Shown here in pieces: positions 1 through 8,114 of a stretch of DNA of 56,676 bases (within the stretch, counting starts at the first letter, position 1; each line of letters begins with the position of its first letter). Location: contig PGYB01000006.1 of the NCBI GenBank assembly GCA_002839445.1, forward strand, positions 128,001 to 184,676, read 5' to 3'. Origin of the DNA: Candidatus Riflebacteria bacterium HGW-Riflebacteria-1. GTDB lineage: Bacteria > Muiribacteriota > Ozemobacteria > Ozemobacterales > Ozemobacteraceae. Both the position numbers and the translations under genes were made by a program. The notes under the pieces were generated by a model. It was given only the letters and a program-made list of their open reading frames with translations. It did no database searches and was not told the origin of the DNA.

Positions 1-451
1 CGGTGAGAGCACCCCTACCCTCGTCATCGTTTTTTTTCCAGGCCTGCCGTTCGGCATCATTGAGAAAAACGAGCGAAAAGCGGGTTCCGGGAGTTGCGTG
101 GCACTCAAGCGAGTAGCCAGTTTCGAGCATATTATGTTCAACGAGGTCTTCATAGAGCATTCCCATTTGTTCGATTTCACTGTCTTTGAGCGGAAGCCCG
201 ACGACTCTGAGCAGGGCAAGAATTTCAGGAGTGGTTCTTCCCTGATTAAGGAACATTATGAAGCGGGTGGCAAATTTTTCCGGGTCAGCGCGTTCACGGA
301 GTTTGAGCAGTTCCTGACCGGCTTCGCGACCAGTCATGGATTTCCAGAGCAGTTTTTCGTCGGCACTGATCTCATCCAGACTGTATTCGGCCGAACTGGC
401 CAGAGTTATCAGACAAAGCAACAAGCAGATTAGCGCGCGTTTAACAGTCAT
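1..451 (-). CDS. Hypothetical secreted protein, partial (C-terminus lies beyond the window edge)
   Basis: Hand translation of the reverse complement gives an uninterrupted frame from an ATG at 449-451 to the window edge (~150 aa). The N-terminus MTVKRALICLLLCLITLASSAEY looks like a signal peptide. The annotated +strand ORF 98..433 is its antisense and translates to an F/E-rich, low-plausibility product. Confidence 0.4.
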   Translation of the reverse strand, partial: MTVKRALICLLLCLITLASSAEYSLDEISADEKLLWKSMTGREAGQELLKLRERADPEKFATRFIMFLNQGRTTPEILALLRVVGLPLKDSEIEQMGMLYEDLVEHNMLETGYSLECHATPGTRFSLVFLNDAERQAWKKNDDEGRGALT

Positions 452-501
452 AAGAACTCCTTCATTCAGTTAAGCACCAGCGTTTAAATTATACCAGTTC
501 A

Positions 502-870
502 TCAGTTTTTCGCTGCCGGTTTTTTCTTCGGTCTGGGAAGGGGCAGTTCCTGCGTGGTAATTCTAATCAGCTCGCAGAGCCAGTCGCGGTCGTCATACTC
601 TTCAATCAGAAAACTGGGCTTTGCACCTGGATAAGCCGGCGCTTCGACAACGTTGCCAATATATGCGCGGCCTTTATCAGTCGGTTTGATGAACAGCTGG
701 TTATCGCATACCAGCGCAACGACTTTTCCCTGGCAATAGACGGCGTATTCTCCAAACATTTTCTTAGCGGTAATGCCGCCAACGCCGCTCATCTGATCAA
801 CAATAAATTCGATGAAATCTTTATCTGTCGCCATAATATGCCTTTCCGCAAAGTATCTTTGCGCATTCAT
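502..870 (-). CDS. TfoX/Sxy N-terminal-domain family protein
   Basis: The ORF translation contains ...FIEFIVDQMSG...KKMFGEYAVYCQGKVVALVCDNQLFIKPT..., which resembles the TfoX_N domain. The true start may be the internal Met (MATDKDF, ~834). Confidence 0.5.
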   Translation of the reverse strand: MNAQRYFAERHIMATDKDFIEFIVDQMSGVGGITAKKMFGEYAVYCQGKVVALVCDNQLFIKPTDKGRAYIGNVVEAPAYPGAKPSFLIEEYDDRDWLCELIRITTQELPLPRPKKKPAAKN

Positions 871-984
871 TGTTCATGGATGTCACGATTATAAACACGA
901 CTGACATATCTGAATCTGCAATATGCAGTTTTTGCATAATGCCACCTCGATTGCGTTCGGGTTTTGCGCAACCGCATTGCCTTC

Positions 985-1140
985 AAACCCTTATGCCAAA
1001 GCTCTCTGCGGCGGCATCAACGGCCAGGCAGTCTTTGCAGACTGACCAGCTCGAGCTTTTCTTTGTCGATGCTCCAGCGTTTGAACTCAATAAACCTGAA
1101 TTTAGCATACAAAGCCAGCTCCGGCAAATGCTTAAGGACT
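985..1140 (-). pseudogene. Remnant of a GNAT acetyltransferase 3' end, duplicate of the 3' end of gene 6273..6752
   Basis: About 150 bp of DNA similarity between 985-1140 and 6233-6390. The minus-strand translation ...KHLPELALYAKFRFIEFKRWSIDKEKLELVSLQRLPGR* parallels the C-terminus LPALALYAKSGFVEFKRWCVGDEKLELVRLRRLPER* of the intact GNAT. No GNAT N-terminal part lies upstream. Confidence 0.4.
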
Positions 1141-1252
1141 AAATTAACGCAGTCCGCTTTTCTGCAAAAAAAAATAAAAAAAGACCGCAACTTTTTGACA
1201 CATTTTTAATTTAACTATTCAGGTGCGCCAAAAAATTTCAGGAGGAACCAAA

Positions 1253-2224
1253 ATGAGAACTTCAGGACTGGCTAAATTCAGTTTCATGAAATCGCTTTCT
1301 GGACTCGCTGTTTTGTTATCAGTGGCGTTAATAATCTTGGTATCAGGCAACATTTCTCCAGTTTCAGCAGATGATTCCCCCGTCTATAACCTTCTCACCT
1401 TCGAAGACGACAATGGTAACGGCAATGGTCACGACAGGGGCAAGCCGGGTCAGAGAACTGGACACAGTGACAACATGCCAGGCAAAAAAATTGGGCACCG
1501 CAGGGGTGATTCCGGTCAGGAGGCTGATGGCTCGGGTTCTTCCGATAATACATCGAATCAGCCCCCGAAAAACAATGGAAAAGACCAGTGTGTCAGAAGA
1601 CCTGATCAGCAACCCGGCATGCCTGGTCGTCGCGTGGGCCCCGGCATGGGTAATCCCGGCGGCTTTGGCCAGGATAACAATCAGGGTAATGGTAATCAGA
1701 ATGGCCAGTTTGGTCAGCAGCACAGAATGCCCGGTCGTCGCGTGGGCCCCGGCATGGGCAATCCCGGCGGCTTTGGCCAGGACAACAATCAGGGTAACGG
1801 CAATCAGAGTGGCCAGTGTGGCCAGCAGCACAGAATGCCAGGTCGTCGCGTAGGCCCCGGCATGGGCAATCCCGGCGGCTTTGGTCAGGATAACAATCAG
1901 GGTAACGGCAATCAAAACGGCCAGTGTGGTCAGCTGCACAGAATGCCCGGTCGTCGCGTAGGCCCCGGCATGGGTAATCCCGGCGGCTTTGGCCAGGGTA
2001 ACAATCAGGGTAACGACCAGAACAATAACCAGGGCAATGGCAATAAAAGTTTTAAGCAAAACAATGGAAATGGCTGGAATGGCAACCACAACAACAACGG
2101 CAGCAAGGGAACTGGCTGGAACAGCGGAAATAATGATAATAACGGCAACAATGGCAAAGCTATTGCGCGAAACAATCAGGGGCAGTCAGGTGCCCGCGCG
2201 CAGAACGGAAGAAAGCAGAAATAG
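1253..2224 (+). CDS. Secreted Gly/Asn/Gln-rich tandem-repeat protein (unknown function)
   Basis: AGGAGG lies 7 nt upstream of the ATG at 1253. A signal peptide (MRTSGLAKFSFMKSLSGLAVLLSVALIILVSG) is followed by a low-complexity G/N/Q-rich sequence with four 36-aa repeats HRMPGRRVGPGMGNPGGFGQDNNQGNGNQNGQ(F/C)GQQ. The ORF-track start at 1223 is probably upstream of the real start. Confidence 0.6.
   Translation: MRTSGLAKFSFMKSLSGLAVLLSVALIILVSGNISPVSADDSPVYNLLTFEDDNGNGNGHDRGKPGQRTGHSDNMPGKKIGHRRGDSGQEADGSGSSDNTSNQPPKNNGKDQCVRRPDQQPGMPGRRVGPGMGNPGGFGQDNNQGNGNQNGQFGQQHRMPGRRVGPGMGNPGGFGQDNNQGNGNQSGQCGQQHRMPGRRVGPGMGNPGGFGQDNNQGNGNQNGQCGQLHRMPGRRVGPGMGNPGGFGQGNNQGNDQNNNQGNGNKSFKQNNGNGWNGNHNNNGSKGTGWNSGNNDNNGNNGKAIARNNQGQSGARAQNGRKQK
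1619..2050 (+). repeat. 4 x 108-nt near-identical in-frame tandem repeats inside CDS 1253..2224
   Basis: Repeat starts (atgcc(t/c/a)ggtcgtcgcgt) are seen at 1619, 1727, 1835 and 1943. The spacing is exactly 108 nt. Confidence 0.8.
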
Positions 2225-2472
2225 CGAGGCTCTGGCTGGCCGCGAGCAACATCTTCCGGCCAGTCGCGCCTTTTCCGGACAACTGGAGGGTAGTAAAACA
2301 TTATTGTCAAAGCATATCGAATCAACGTTAATGCATGTTGAAACTTGTTTGTCGAATGAAGTATTCTGGTCAGTCGGCAAATGGCGTCATGGCTGGTGCG
2401 TTGCAGATAATCAGTTGATTGATGAGGTATTGATTGGGAAACGCTCTGGAGACAAAGAGAGACGAGGAATTG

Positions 2473-3024
2473 ATGCTTCAATTTCAACAGGGAGATGAAG
2501 CCAGCTTTCGGACCCTCGTCGACAGATATAAGCAGAGAATTTACGCGTTTACTTATCGATTCCTCAATCGAAGCCCGGAAGCTGAAGATATCGCGCAGGA
2601 GGTTTTTGTGAAAGTATATTTCTCTCGCGATACCTACCGGCCTACCGCGAAGTTTTCGACCTGGGTTTATGTTATTTCGAAAAATGCCTGTCTGCAGGCG
2701 CTGAAAAAAATGGGCTCGAATGTTTCGATGAATGAGAGGCGTTCTGATACTGACCTGGAAATGGTCGAGACAATAGCCGGTTCTGGTGATGACAACCCTT
2801 CTGAGAGGCTTCTTAATGATGAGAAGTCCGGTCAGATAGCCGATGCGATCAGTCGTCTGCCAGAATCGCAGAAAATGGCCGTACTCTTGAAGCGTTATGA
2901 TCAGATGAGTTACGAGGAAATGGCTGAAGTTATGAACTGCTCTGTTCAGTCGGTCAAGTCGCTGTTGTTCCGCGGCCGATCGGCTTTGAAAGAGTATCTG
3001 AAGGAGTATTTTCGCGAGGATTAA
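2473..3024 (+). CDS. ECF-type (sigma-70 family, group IV) RNA polymerase sigma factor
   Basis: A region-2-like segment (FRTLVDRYKQRIYAFTYRFL...AEDIAQEVFVKVY) and a region-4 helix-turn-helix (LPESQKMAVLLKRYDQMSYEEMAEVMNCSVQSVKSLLFRGRSALKEYL). GAGGAA lies 5 nt before the ATG at 2473. The ORF-track start at 2434 is less likely. Confidence 0.85.
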   Translation: MLQFQQGDEASFRTLVDRYKQRIYAFTYRFLNRSPEAEDIAQEVFVKVYFSRDTYRPTAKFSTWVYVISKNACLQALKKMGSNVSMNERRSDTDLEMVETIAGSGDDNPSERLLNDEKSGQIADAISRLPESQKMAVLLKRYDQMSYEEMAEVMNCSVQSVKSLLFRGRSALKEYLKEYFRED

Positions 3025-3038
3025 CAGCTGTCGCGAAG

Positions 3039-3584
3039 ATGGGAAACGTTATGGACTGCAGAAACGTAAAAGAATTATTTTCTGAATACATTGATGGAAG
3101 CCTGGGTGAAATCGAGCGCAAGGCGCTTGAAAATCATCTGGAGAATTGTGCCAACTGCCGGGCAGAGTGCGATTCTCTGCTTGATTCATGGGAAATGTTG
3201 ACCGATTTTGCGGTGCCGCCGGTTGGTGATCAGTTTACCCGTCAGGTAATGCAGAAGGTTAATAACCGAAGCAGTCAGCCGGTTGTGTCCGACTGGTTTT
3301 CGCGCCTGGTTGCAATTTTTTCGCTGCGGCAAATTTCGGCGGTGCCGGCCCTGGCGTCTCTGGTCGTTTTGATCGGTATCGGTTATTTCATTTTAAGCGG
3401 CCGTCCTGCGGGCATTGCTGAGCGAAATGGCATTGATTCTACCCGGAAATTCGAAGTTGTCAGAGATCTCAGGGATGAAGAGATTATCAGAGATCTGGAA
3501 ATATATGAAAACGCCGAAATTCTTGAAAATCTTGATCTGCTGATGGATCTGGAAGCAGTTGAAAGTTTCGAGGCAGCTGACTGA
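3039..3584 (+). CDS. Anti-sigma factor, zf-HC2 type, single-pass membrane protein
   Basis: Lies immediately downstream of the ECF sigma gene. Has an N-terminal H-x3-C-x2-C motif (HLENCANCRAEC). A central hydrophobic helix (AVPALASLVVLIGIGYFIL) is followed by an acidic C-terminal tail. Confidence 0.7.
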   Translation: MGNVMDCRNVKELFSEYIDGSLGEIERKALENHLENCANCRAECDSLLDSWEMLTDFAVPPVGDQFTRQVMQKVNNRSSQPVVSDWFSRLVAIFSLRQISAVPALASLVVLIGIGYFILSGRPAGIAERNGIDSTRKFEVVRDLRDEEIIRDLEIYENAEILENLDLLMDLEAVESFEAAD

Positions 3585-3587
3585 GAT

Positions 3588-5099
3588 ATGAAAAACGATT
3601 CGCTTAAGATGCTTTATAGCTTGATTTTTCCGGTGCTTCTGCTGCTCGGCAGCGCTTGCACCGGAGTTTTTGCGCAAAACGCTTCTGAGGCGAGGGTTAT
3701 CAAATCGTTGACTCATGAGGAGAAGCTTGCACGCTGGAACAGTTTTTCTGAACAGCAGAAAGAAGCGATCAGAAAAAAAGCGCGCGCTATGAGCGAGAAG
3801 AAGTTCAAGCAGCTTGAGAGCAATTTTGAACGCATCAAGACTTTTGAGCCGGCTGAGCAGATACGGGTCAAGGAAAACTTTGGACGTATCCAGCAGTTTA
3901 AGCCGCAACAAAAAGAATTTTTGCAGAAGAGATTCGAGAAGTTTCAGCAGCTTCCGGTTCAGCAGAGACAGGAAATTCGTCGACAATTTGTGCCGCAGTT
4001 TCAGCGTCAACCCGGCCAGCAGCCCGGTTTCAAACCTCAGCATCGTCCGGACCAGCAACCCGGCGAACAGCCTGGCTTCAAGCCTCAACATCGCCCGGGC
4101 CAGCAACCCGGTCAACAACCTGGTTTCAAGCCGCAGCATCGCCCAGGCCAGCAACCCGGTCAACAGCCCGGTTTCAAGCCTGAACATCGCCCGGACCAGC
4201 AACCTGGCCAGCAGCCAGGTTTCAAGCCGCAGCATCGCCCAGGCCAGCAACCCGGTGAACAGCCCGGTTTCAAGCCTGAACATCGCCCGGACCAGCGACC
4301 TGGCCAGCAGCCCGGTTTCAAGCCGCAGCATCGCCCAGGCCAGCAACCCGGCGAACAGCCCGGTTTCAAGCCGCAGCATCGCCCGGGGCAACAACCCGGC
4401 CAACAGCCCGGTTTCAAACCTCAGCATCGTCCGGACCAGCAACCCGGTGAACAGCCCGGTTTCAAACCACAACATCGCCCGGGCCAGCAACCGGGGCAAC
4501 AACCCGGTTTCAAGCCACAACATCGCCCGCACCAGCAACCCGGTCAGCAACCTGGTTTCAAGCCGCAGCATCGCCCGGGCCAGCAACCCGGCCAACAGCC
4601 TGGTTTCAAGCCACAACATCGCCCGCACCAGCAACCCGGCGAACAGCCCGGTTTCAAGCCGCAGCATCGCCCAGGTCAGCAACCTGGTCAGCAGCCTCCT
4701 GAACGGGAAATGCGAGACTTTCGCAATGACATGATGGGTGACAAAAATCGTGGCCCAGGTCAGGATGAGTATCGGCAGCGCTGGCGTGATATAGACAACT
4801 ATCGCGAAGAGTTTGGTCGCCCTGCTCATGACCGGCCAGATCAAACGCGCCCGACCGTGTCACCCGATGGTTCCGGCCAACCACCCCGCCATCCTGGCAT
4901 AAATGGAAAGAACAATGATTTTGGCGACACTGAAATGCGCCGGCCACAGTTTCACGATAGAAAACCTGTGCCAGAAACGGGAGATGGACTCAAAAAGCCG
5001 GGAATTCCCAGGCAGTTGCCCGCCCCACCGAAATCACCGGGCGCTACTGGCCAGAATCGCCCGCCCAACCCGCGTCCTCCGCCAATAAAAAAGCCGTAA
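3588..5099 (+). CDS. DUF3106-like periplasmic protein with a long Pro/Gln-rich tandem-repeat region
   Basis: A signal peptide is followed by repeated W/E/R-rich helices (LTHEEKLARWNSFSEQQKEAIRKKARAMSEKKFKQLESNFERIKTFEPAEQIRVKENF...) of the type found in DUF3106 proteins next to sigma-E-like operons. Then come 14 copies of a 16-aa unit PGQQPG(Q/E)QPGFKPQHR. The start is 4 nt after the anti-sigma stop. Confidence 0.7.
   Translation: MKNDSLKMLYSLIFPVLLLLGSACTGVFAQNASEARVIKSLTHEEKLARWNSFSEQQKEAIRKKARAMSEKKFKQLESNFERIKTFEPAEQIRVKENFGRIQQFKPQQKEFLQKRFEKFQQLPVQQRQEIRRQFVPQFQRQPGQQPGFKPQHRPDQQPGEQPGFKPQHRPGQQPGQQPGFKPQHRPGQQPGQQPGFKPEHRPDQQPGQQPGFKPQHRPGQQPGEQPGFKPEHRPDQRPGQQPGFKPQHRPGQQPGEQPGFKPQHRPGQQPGQQPGFKPQHRPDQQPGEQPGFKPQHRPGQQPGQQPGFKPQHRPHQQPGQQPGFKPQHRPGQQPGQQPGFKPQHRPHQQPGEQPGFKPQHRPGQQPGQQPPEREMRDFRNDMMGDKNRGPGQDEYRQRWRDIDNYREEFGRPAHDRPDQTRPTVSPDGSGQPPRHPGINGKNNDFGDTEMRRPQFHDRKPVPETGDGLKKPGIPRQLPAPPKSPGATGQNRPPNPRPPPIKKP
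4013..4690 (+). repeat. ~14 x 48-nt in-frame tandem repeats inside CDS 3588..5099
   Basis: Highly regular ccgggccagcaacccggtcaacagcccggtttcaagcc(g/t)cagcatcgc units. They generate spurious antisense ORFs 3393..4844, 3814..4734 and 4160..4417. Confidence 0.85.
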
Positions 5100-5235
5100 A
5101 TGGCAAGACTTAAACGCAATGCTCGGTTACGTTGCCATTGTCGCCATGCTCCTTAGTTTAATGGTCAGACAGCGATTTGTCTACGACACGCCAGATGTCC
5201 AAAAATAGCGTTGCCGTTTTTCGGATTCGCCGCGA

Positions 5236-5270
5236 TTATTGCAACGTTAACGCTGGTTCGCTTATAATTC
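5236..5270 (+). promoter_or_regulatory. Candidate sigma-70 promoter (TTGCAA - 17/18 nt - TATAAT) for the downstream GNAT gene
   Basis: ttgcaacgttaacgctggttcgcttataat read directly. It lies only a few nt before the ATG at 5276, which implies a short or leaderless transcript or use of a later start. Confidence 0.35.
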
Positions 5271-5275
5271 ATTCT

Positions 5276-6154
5276 ATGATAATTAAAAAACTTTGCGAGA
5301 TGAGCGGGGAAATGGTGACCGGTGCGGTTGAGCTGCTTTATGGTTCGCAGATAACCGGTAATCAGAGCCGTGACGATATCAAAAATTTTATCTGCGGCCG
5401 TTGCTTTGATAATGGCCGTTTCATGCTGGCGGCAGTTGAAGACGGCCGGGTTGTTGCCACCGGCGGTGCTGTTGTCGCTGAGATCGACCGTCATGAAATA
5501 TTCATAACGGCTCTGGCGGCCGCTTCCAGCTTCGAAGCGATTCTTGATGAAGTTGTCAGGGCGTTATTGTCTGATATAGCTGAGTTTTCTGGCTGCAGAT
5601 TGAAGCTGGGTGTTAAGGGTGATTTGAATGTTCCGGCCGGGTTTCCTGAGTCTTTCGGTTTCTGCCATGCTTATTCGCTTCTGCAGATGAGGTTTGCTGC
5701 AGAACAGCCGGCTGAAGAAGACTCTGCCCATATTGAGCTGCCAGCCCTGAGCCCTGAAAACATCGACGAATACGTTTCGGTAACGAATGCCGGCTTTGAC
5801 GGAACTCCGAATGTTTCAACTATTGATGCTGCTGACGCAAAGCGGCTGCTTGCAAACGAGGCTTTTCGCTGCGGCCTGATCAGAACCGACAACCGCACTG
5901 TCGGATGCTACGAGCTTAAACTTGATAGCTCTGCCGGCTGGATCGAATCTGTATGCCTGCTGCCGGCTTCCCGTGGTCATGGACTTGGTCGCGCCGCTGT
6001 CGCGAAGCTGATCAGAATGCTGCATCAGCTTGGTTATGAAACGGTGAAACTGTCGGTTATTGATATTAACGAAAAGGCTTACAGTCTTTATCAACGAATG
6101 GGTTTCAGTGTCGACCGCGTTCTTTCCAGATGGTATGTGAAAAATGGCGATTGA
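5276..6154 (+). CDS. GNAT-family N-acetyltransferase (two-lobed; canonical acetyl-CoA motif in C-terminal half)
   Basis: C-terminal ...IESVCLLPASRGHGLGRAAVAKLIRMLHQLGYETVKLSVIDINEKAYSLYQRMGF matches GNAT motif A/B. The start is uncertain: the ORF track begins at 5177, and ATGs at 5276, 5300 and 5312 are all possible. GGGGAA precedes 5312. Confidence 0.65.
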   Translation: MIIKKLCEMSGEMVTGAVELLYGSQITGNQSRDDIKNFICGRCFDNGRFMLAAVEDGRVVATGGAVVAEIDRHEIFITALAAASSFEAILDEVVRALLSDIAEFSGCRLKLGVKGDLNVPAGFPESFGFCHAYSLLQMRFAAEQPAEEDSAHIELPALSPENIDEYVSVTNAGFDGTPNVSTIDAADAKRLLANEAFRCGLIRTDNRTVGCYELKLDSSAGWIESVCLLPASRGHGLGRAAVAKLIRMLHQLGYETVKLSVIDINEKAYSLYQRMGFSVDRVLSRWYVKNGD

Positions 6155-6272
6155 ACATTGATTTCCCGGGACTTTTCGCATATTGCCGGCAAAGAAACAG
6201 GCAGACAGGTCATGCCTGTTCAGGCACCGATTGCCTTCAAAAGCCTGTTTCAAGACTCTCTGCAGCGGAGTC

Positions 6273-6752
6273 TCAGCGCTCTGGCAGTCTGCGCAGCCTG
6301 ACCAGTTCGAGCTTTTCATCGCCTACACACCAGCGTTTGAACTCGACAAAGCCAGATTTAGCATACAAAGCCAGCGCCGGCAAATTTTTCGCCGCAGTCT
6401 GCACGGTCATCGGCGCTTTGCCATATTCAGCGATCACGGCCGCTATCAGTCGGCCGGCCACGCTCTGTCTCTGCCAATCTGGATGCACTACCAGCGAACT
6501 GATACTATGCGCTCCGACTTCTTCATCTGGCTCAATACTGATGGCGCCGATAATTTCATCGCCAGCATAAGCCGCCAGAAATTTTTCCGGCAATTCCTGA
6601 ATATCACTCACTGAAACCGCCAGCGGCGGAAAGTCTTTGACTCCCAGCAATTCCGCTTCCTGGCGATACGCCAGCATCTGAACCGCATGCAACCGCCCCG
6701 CCACCCCAGTATCGTGGTGGTCTACGCACTTAATGCATATATTGTGATTCAT
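6273..6752 (-). CDS. GNAT-family N-acetyltransferase
   Basis: ...HSISSLVVHPDWQRQSVAGRLIAAVIAEYGK...ALYAKSGF is a GNAT core (Q/R-x-x-G-x-G/A motif). Size 159 aa. Confidence 0.75.
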   Translation of the reverse strand: MNHNICIKCVDHHDTGVAGRLHAVQMLAYRQEAELLGVKDFPPLAVSVSDIQELPEKFLAAYAGDEIIGAISIEPDEEVGAHSISSLVVHPDWQRQSVAGRLIAAVIAEYGKAPMTVQTAAKNLPALALYAKSGFVEFKRWCVGDEKLELVRLRRLPER

Positions 6753-6802
6753 ATAATTTCTTGCTACAAACCTGTCTAAAAAATATTGAGCAATAACTTT
6801 CT

Positions 6803-7561
6803 CTATTCAAAGTTATTGCTTTGTCGATGGCGCTGAATCAAGCTCTTATCCGGTAAAAATCTCTTTGGCAGTTGAATCTTAATGCCCTCAGTATTTAATA
6901 AGAAATCAAGACCAGTTTTAATATTAGCATCTTTGAGTTTTTTTGAGAAAATCGCTCTGTAATCATCGTCAAAGCTCATCAACCCGAGATCAAATATTTT
7001 GTCGTGCATAACATTCAAGCATAGGCCATTTCTTGGGTTCAGCCTTAGGTTCTTATCTTGTGACCATGGCACAATATGACTTGCAACTAGTATTTCCGAT
7101 ACTCCAATCCCGGTTAGACAGCATTTTGATTCGTAAGTTGAAAGAACCATTGATCGGAAAAAATTCTGTCCAACCCTTGTTTTAACAGTCGATATCCTAT
7201 CGGTCTCAGATGTCTCAGAAATTTCACCACTGAATTCGGGCGTTTCGTCTGCTGTTAGAGGAAGATTCAAATTACTTCTAATTTCATTCGCGCTCATGAT
7301 GAGATTTTCTAGATGAGGAGAAAATTCATCCCAGATGACTTTATCAAGGCGGCTTCCATGCGAGGCTCCTTTTTGTGAAAGTGATGGATCAAGATGGGCA
7401 AAATTGCACAATTTTAAAGCCACAGAACTCGCTGTTCTATTAATTGCCTTTGCAAGTGCTATTATTTCTGGATTTCCTTTGTGCATACGTCCAAAAGAGG
7501 TTCTACAGTAGAGTTCAAAAGCAAGAATCGTTTCTTCTCTCGACCAATTCGCGTTCTTCAA
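6803..7561 (-). CDS. HNH_2-type putative restriction/homing endonuclease
   Basis: C-terminal ...SKCCLTGIGVSEILVASHIVPWSQDKN... matches the Cys...His-I-x-P core of HNH_2 nucleases. The gene sits in a visibly AT-richer segment (~6780-8110) than its flanks. Confidence 0.65.
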   Translation of the reverse strand: MKNANWSREETILAFELYCRTSFGRMHKGNPEIIALAKAINRTASSVALKLCNFAHLDPSLSQKGASHGSRLDKVIWDEFSPHLENLIMSANEIRSNLNLPLTADETPEFSGEISETSETDRISTVKTRVGQNFFRSMVLSTYESKCCLTGIGVSEILVASHIVPWSQDKNLRLNPRNGLCLNVMHDKIFDLGLMSFDDDYRAIFSKKLKDANIKTGLDFLLNTEGIKIQLPKRFLPDKSLIQRHRQSNNFE

Positions 7562-8114
7562 AATACCTGCTCCTAAACTTTTATTTTTTCACTTTGCCAG
7601 GCTACCATAAAAAATAATTTGTTTGCGAGAGCTGACTGAACACGAAAATTACTTATCGTAGAAGTAAACTTTCATATTTGTGGCTGTCGAAAATTCATGG
7701 TAATTTGCCAGCTCCATCCACGATCTCAAGTTAAAGTCCTTTTCAAATACAGCGGTGATTTATTAATTTCAAGGATGAATTGTATATTATATCTCAACAA
7801 TTGTGTGGCGCTAGTATACGATTTCAAAGTTTGAAAATTCTTAAATGCCAAAAAGAACAAACTGGCACCCTTTACAACCTGGCCTGAAAACCTCATAAAT
7901 GGAAAAATTTCTCTCACCCAGGACTAAACATAGCATGATTTATAAAACATGCAAAGATGTTGTTGTCGATGTGCGAGTCGAAGAAGGCTTTGATTACCAA
8001 TTGTCAGAAAACACTACTCTGATAGCATCATATGATGCCATCAGGAAAAACCAGCAGGAATATTACCAGAAACTGGCGATTTCAGATAAAGCCGGCAGAG
8101 TGCGGGCGAAACGC

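Noticed and set aside
98-433. Listed +strand ORF 98..433
   Set aside because: Antisense to a longer, signal-peptide-bearing minus-strand frame. The composition is typical of a shadow ORF.
1364-2089. 241-aa antisense ORF and 160-aa overlapping ORF (1371..1853) inside the G/N/Q-repeat gene
   Set aside because: They are open only because the 108-nt tandem repeat lacks stops in several frames. The translations are repetitive hydrophobic nonsense (AGIAHAGAYATT...). The sense frame has an RBS, a signal peptide and a downstream operon context.
3393-4844. 483-aa antisense ORF, plus 306-aa (3814..4734) and 85-aa (4160..4417) ORFs overlapping the DUF3106-repeat gene
   Set aside because: An artefact of the 48-nt tandem repeat being stop-free in multiple frames. 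The peptides are pure RLETGLLAGLL / SNPANSPVSS repeats with no start context.
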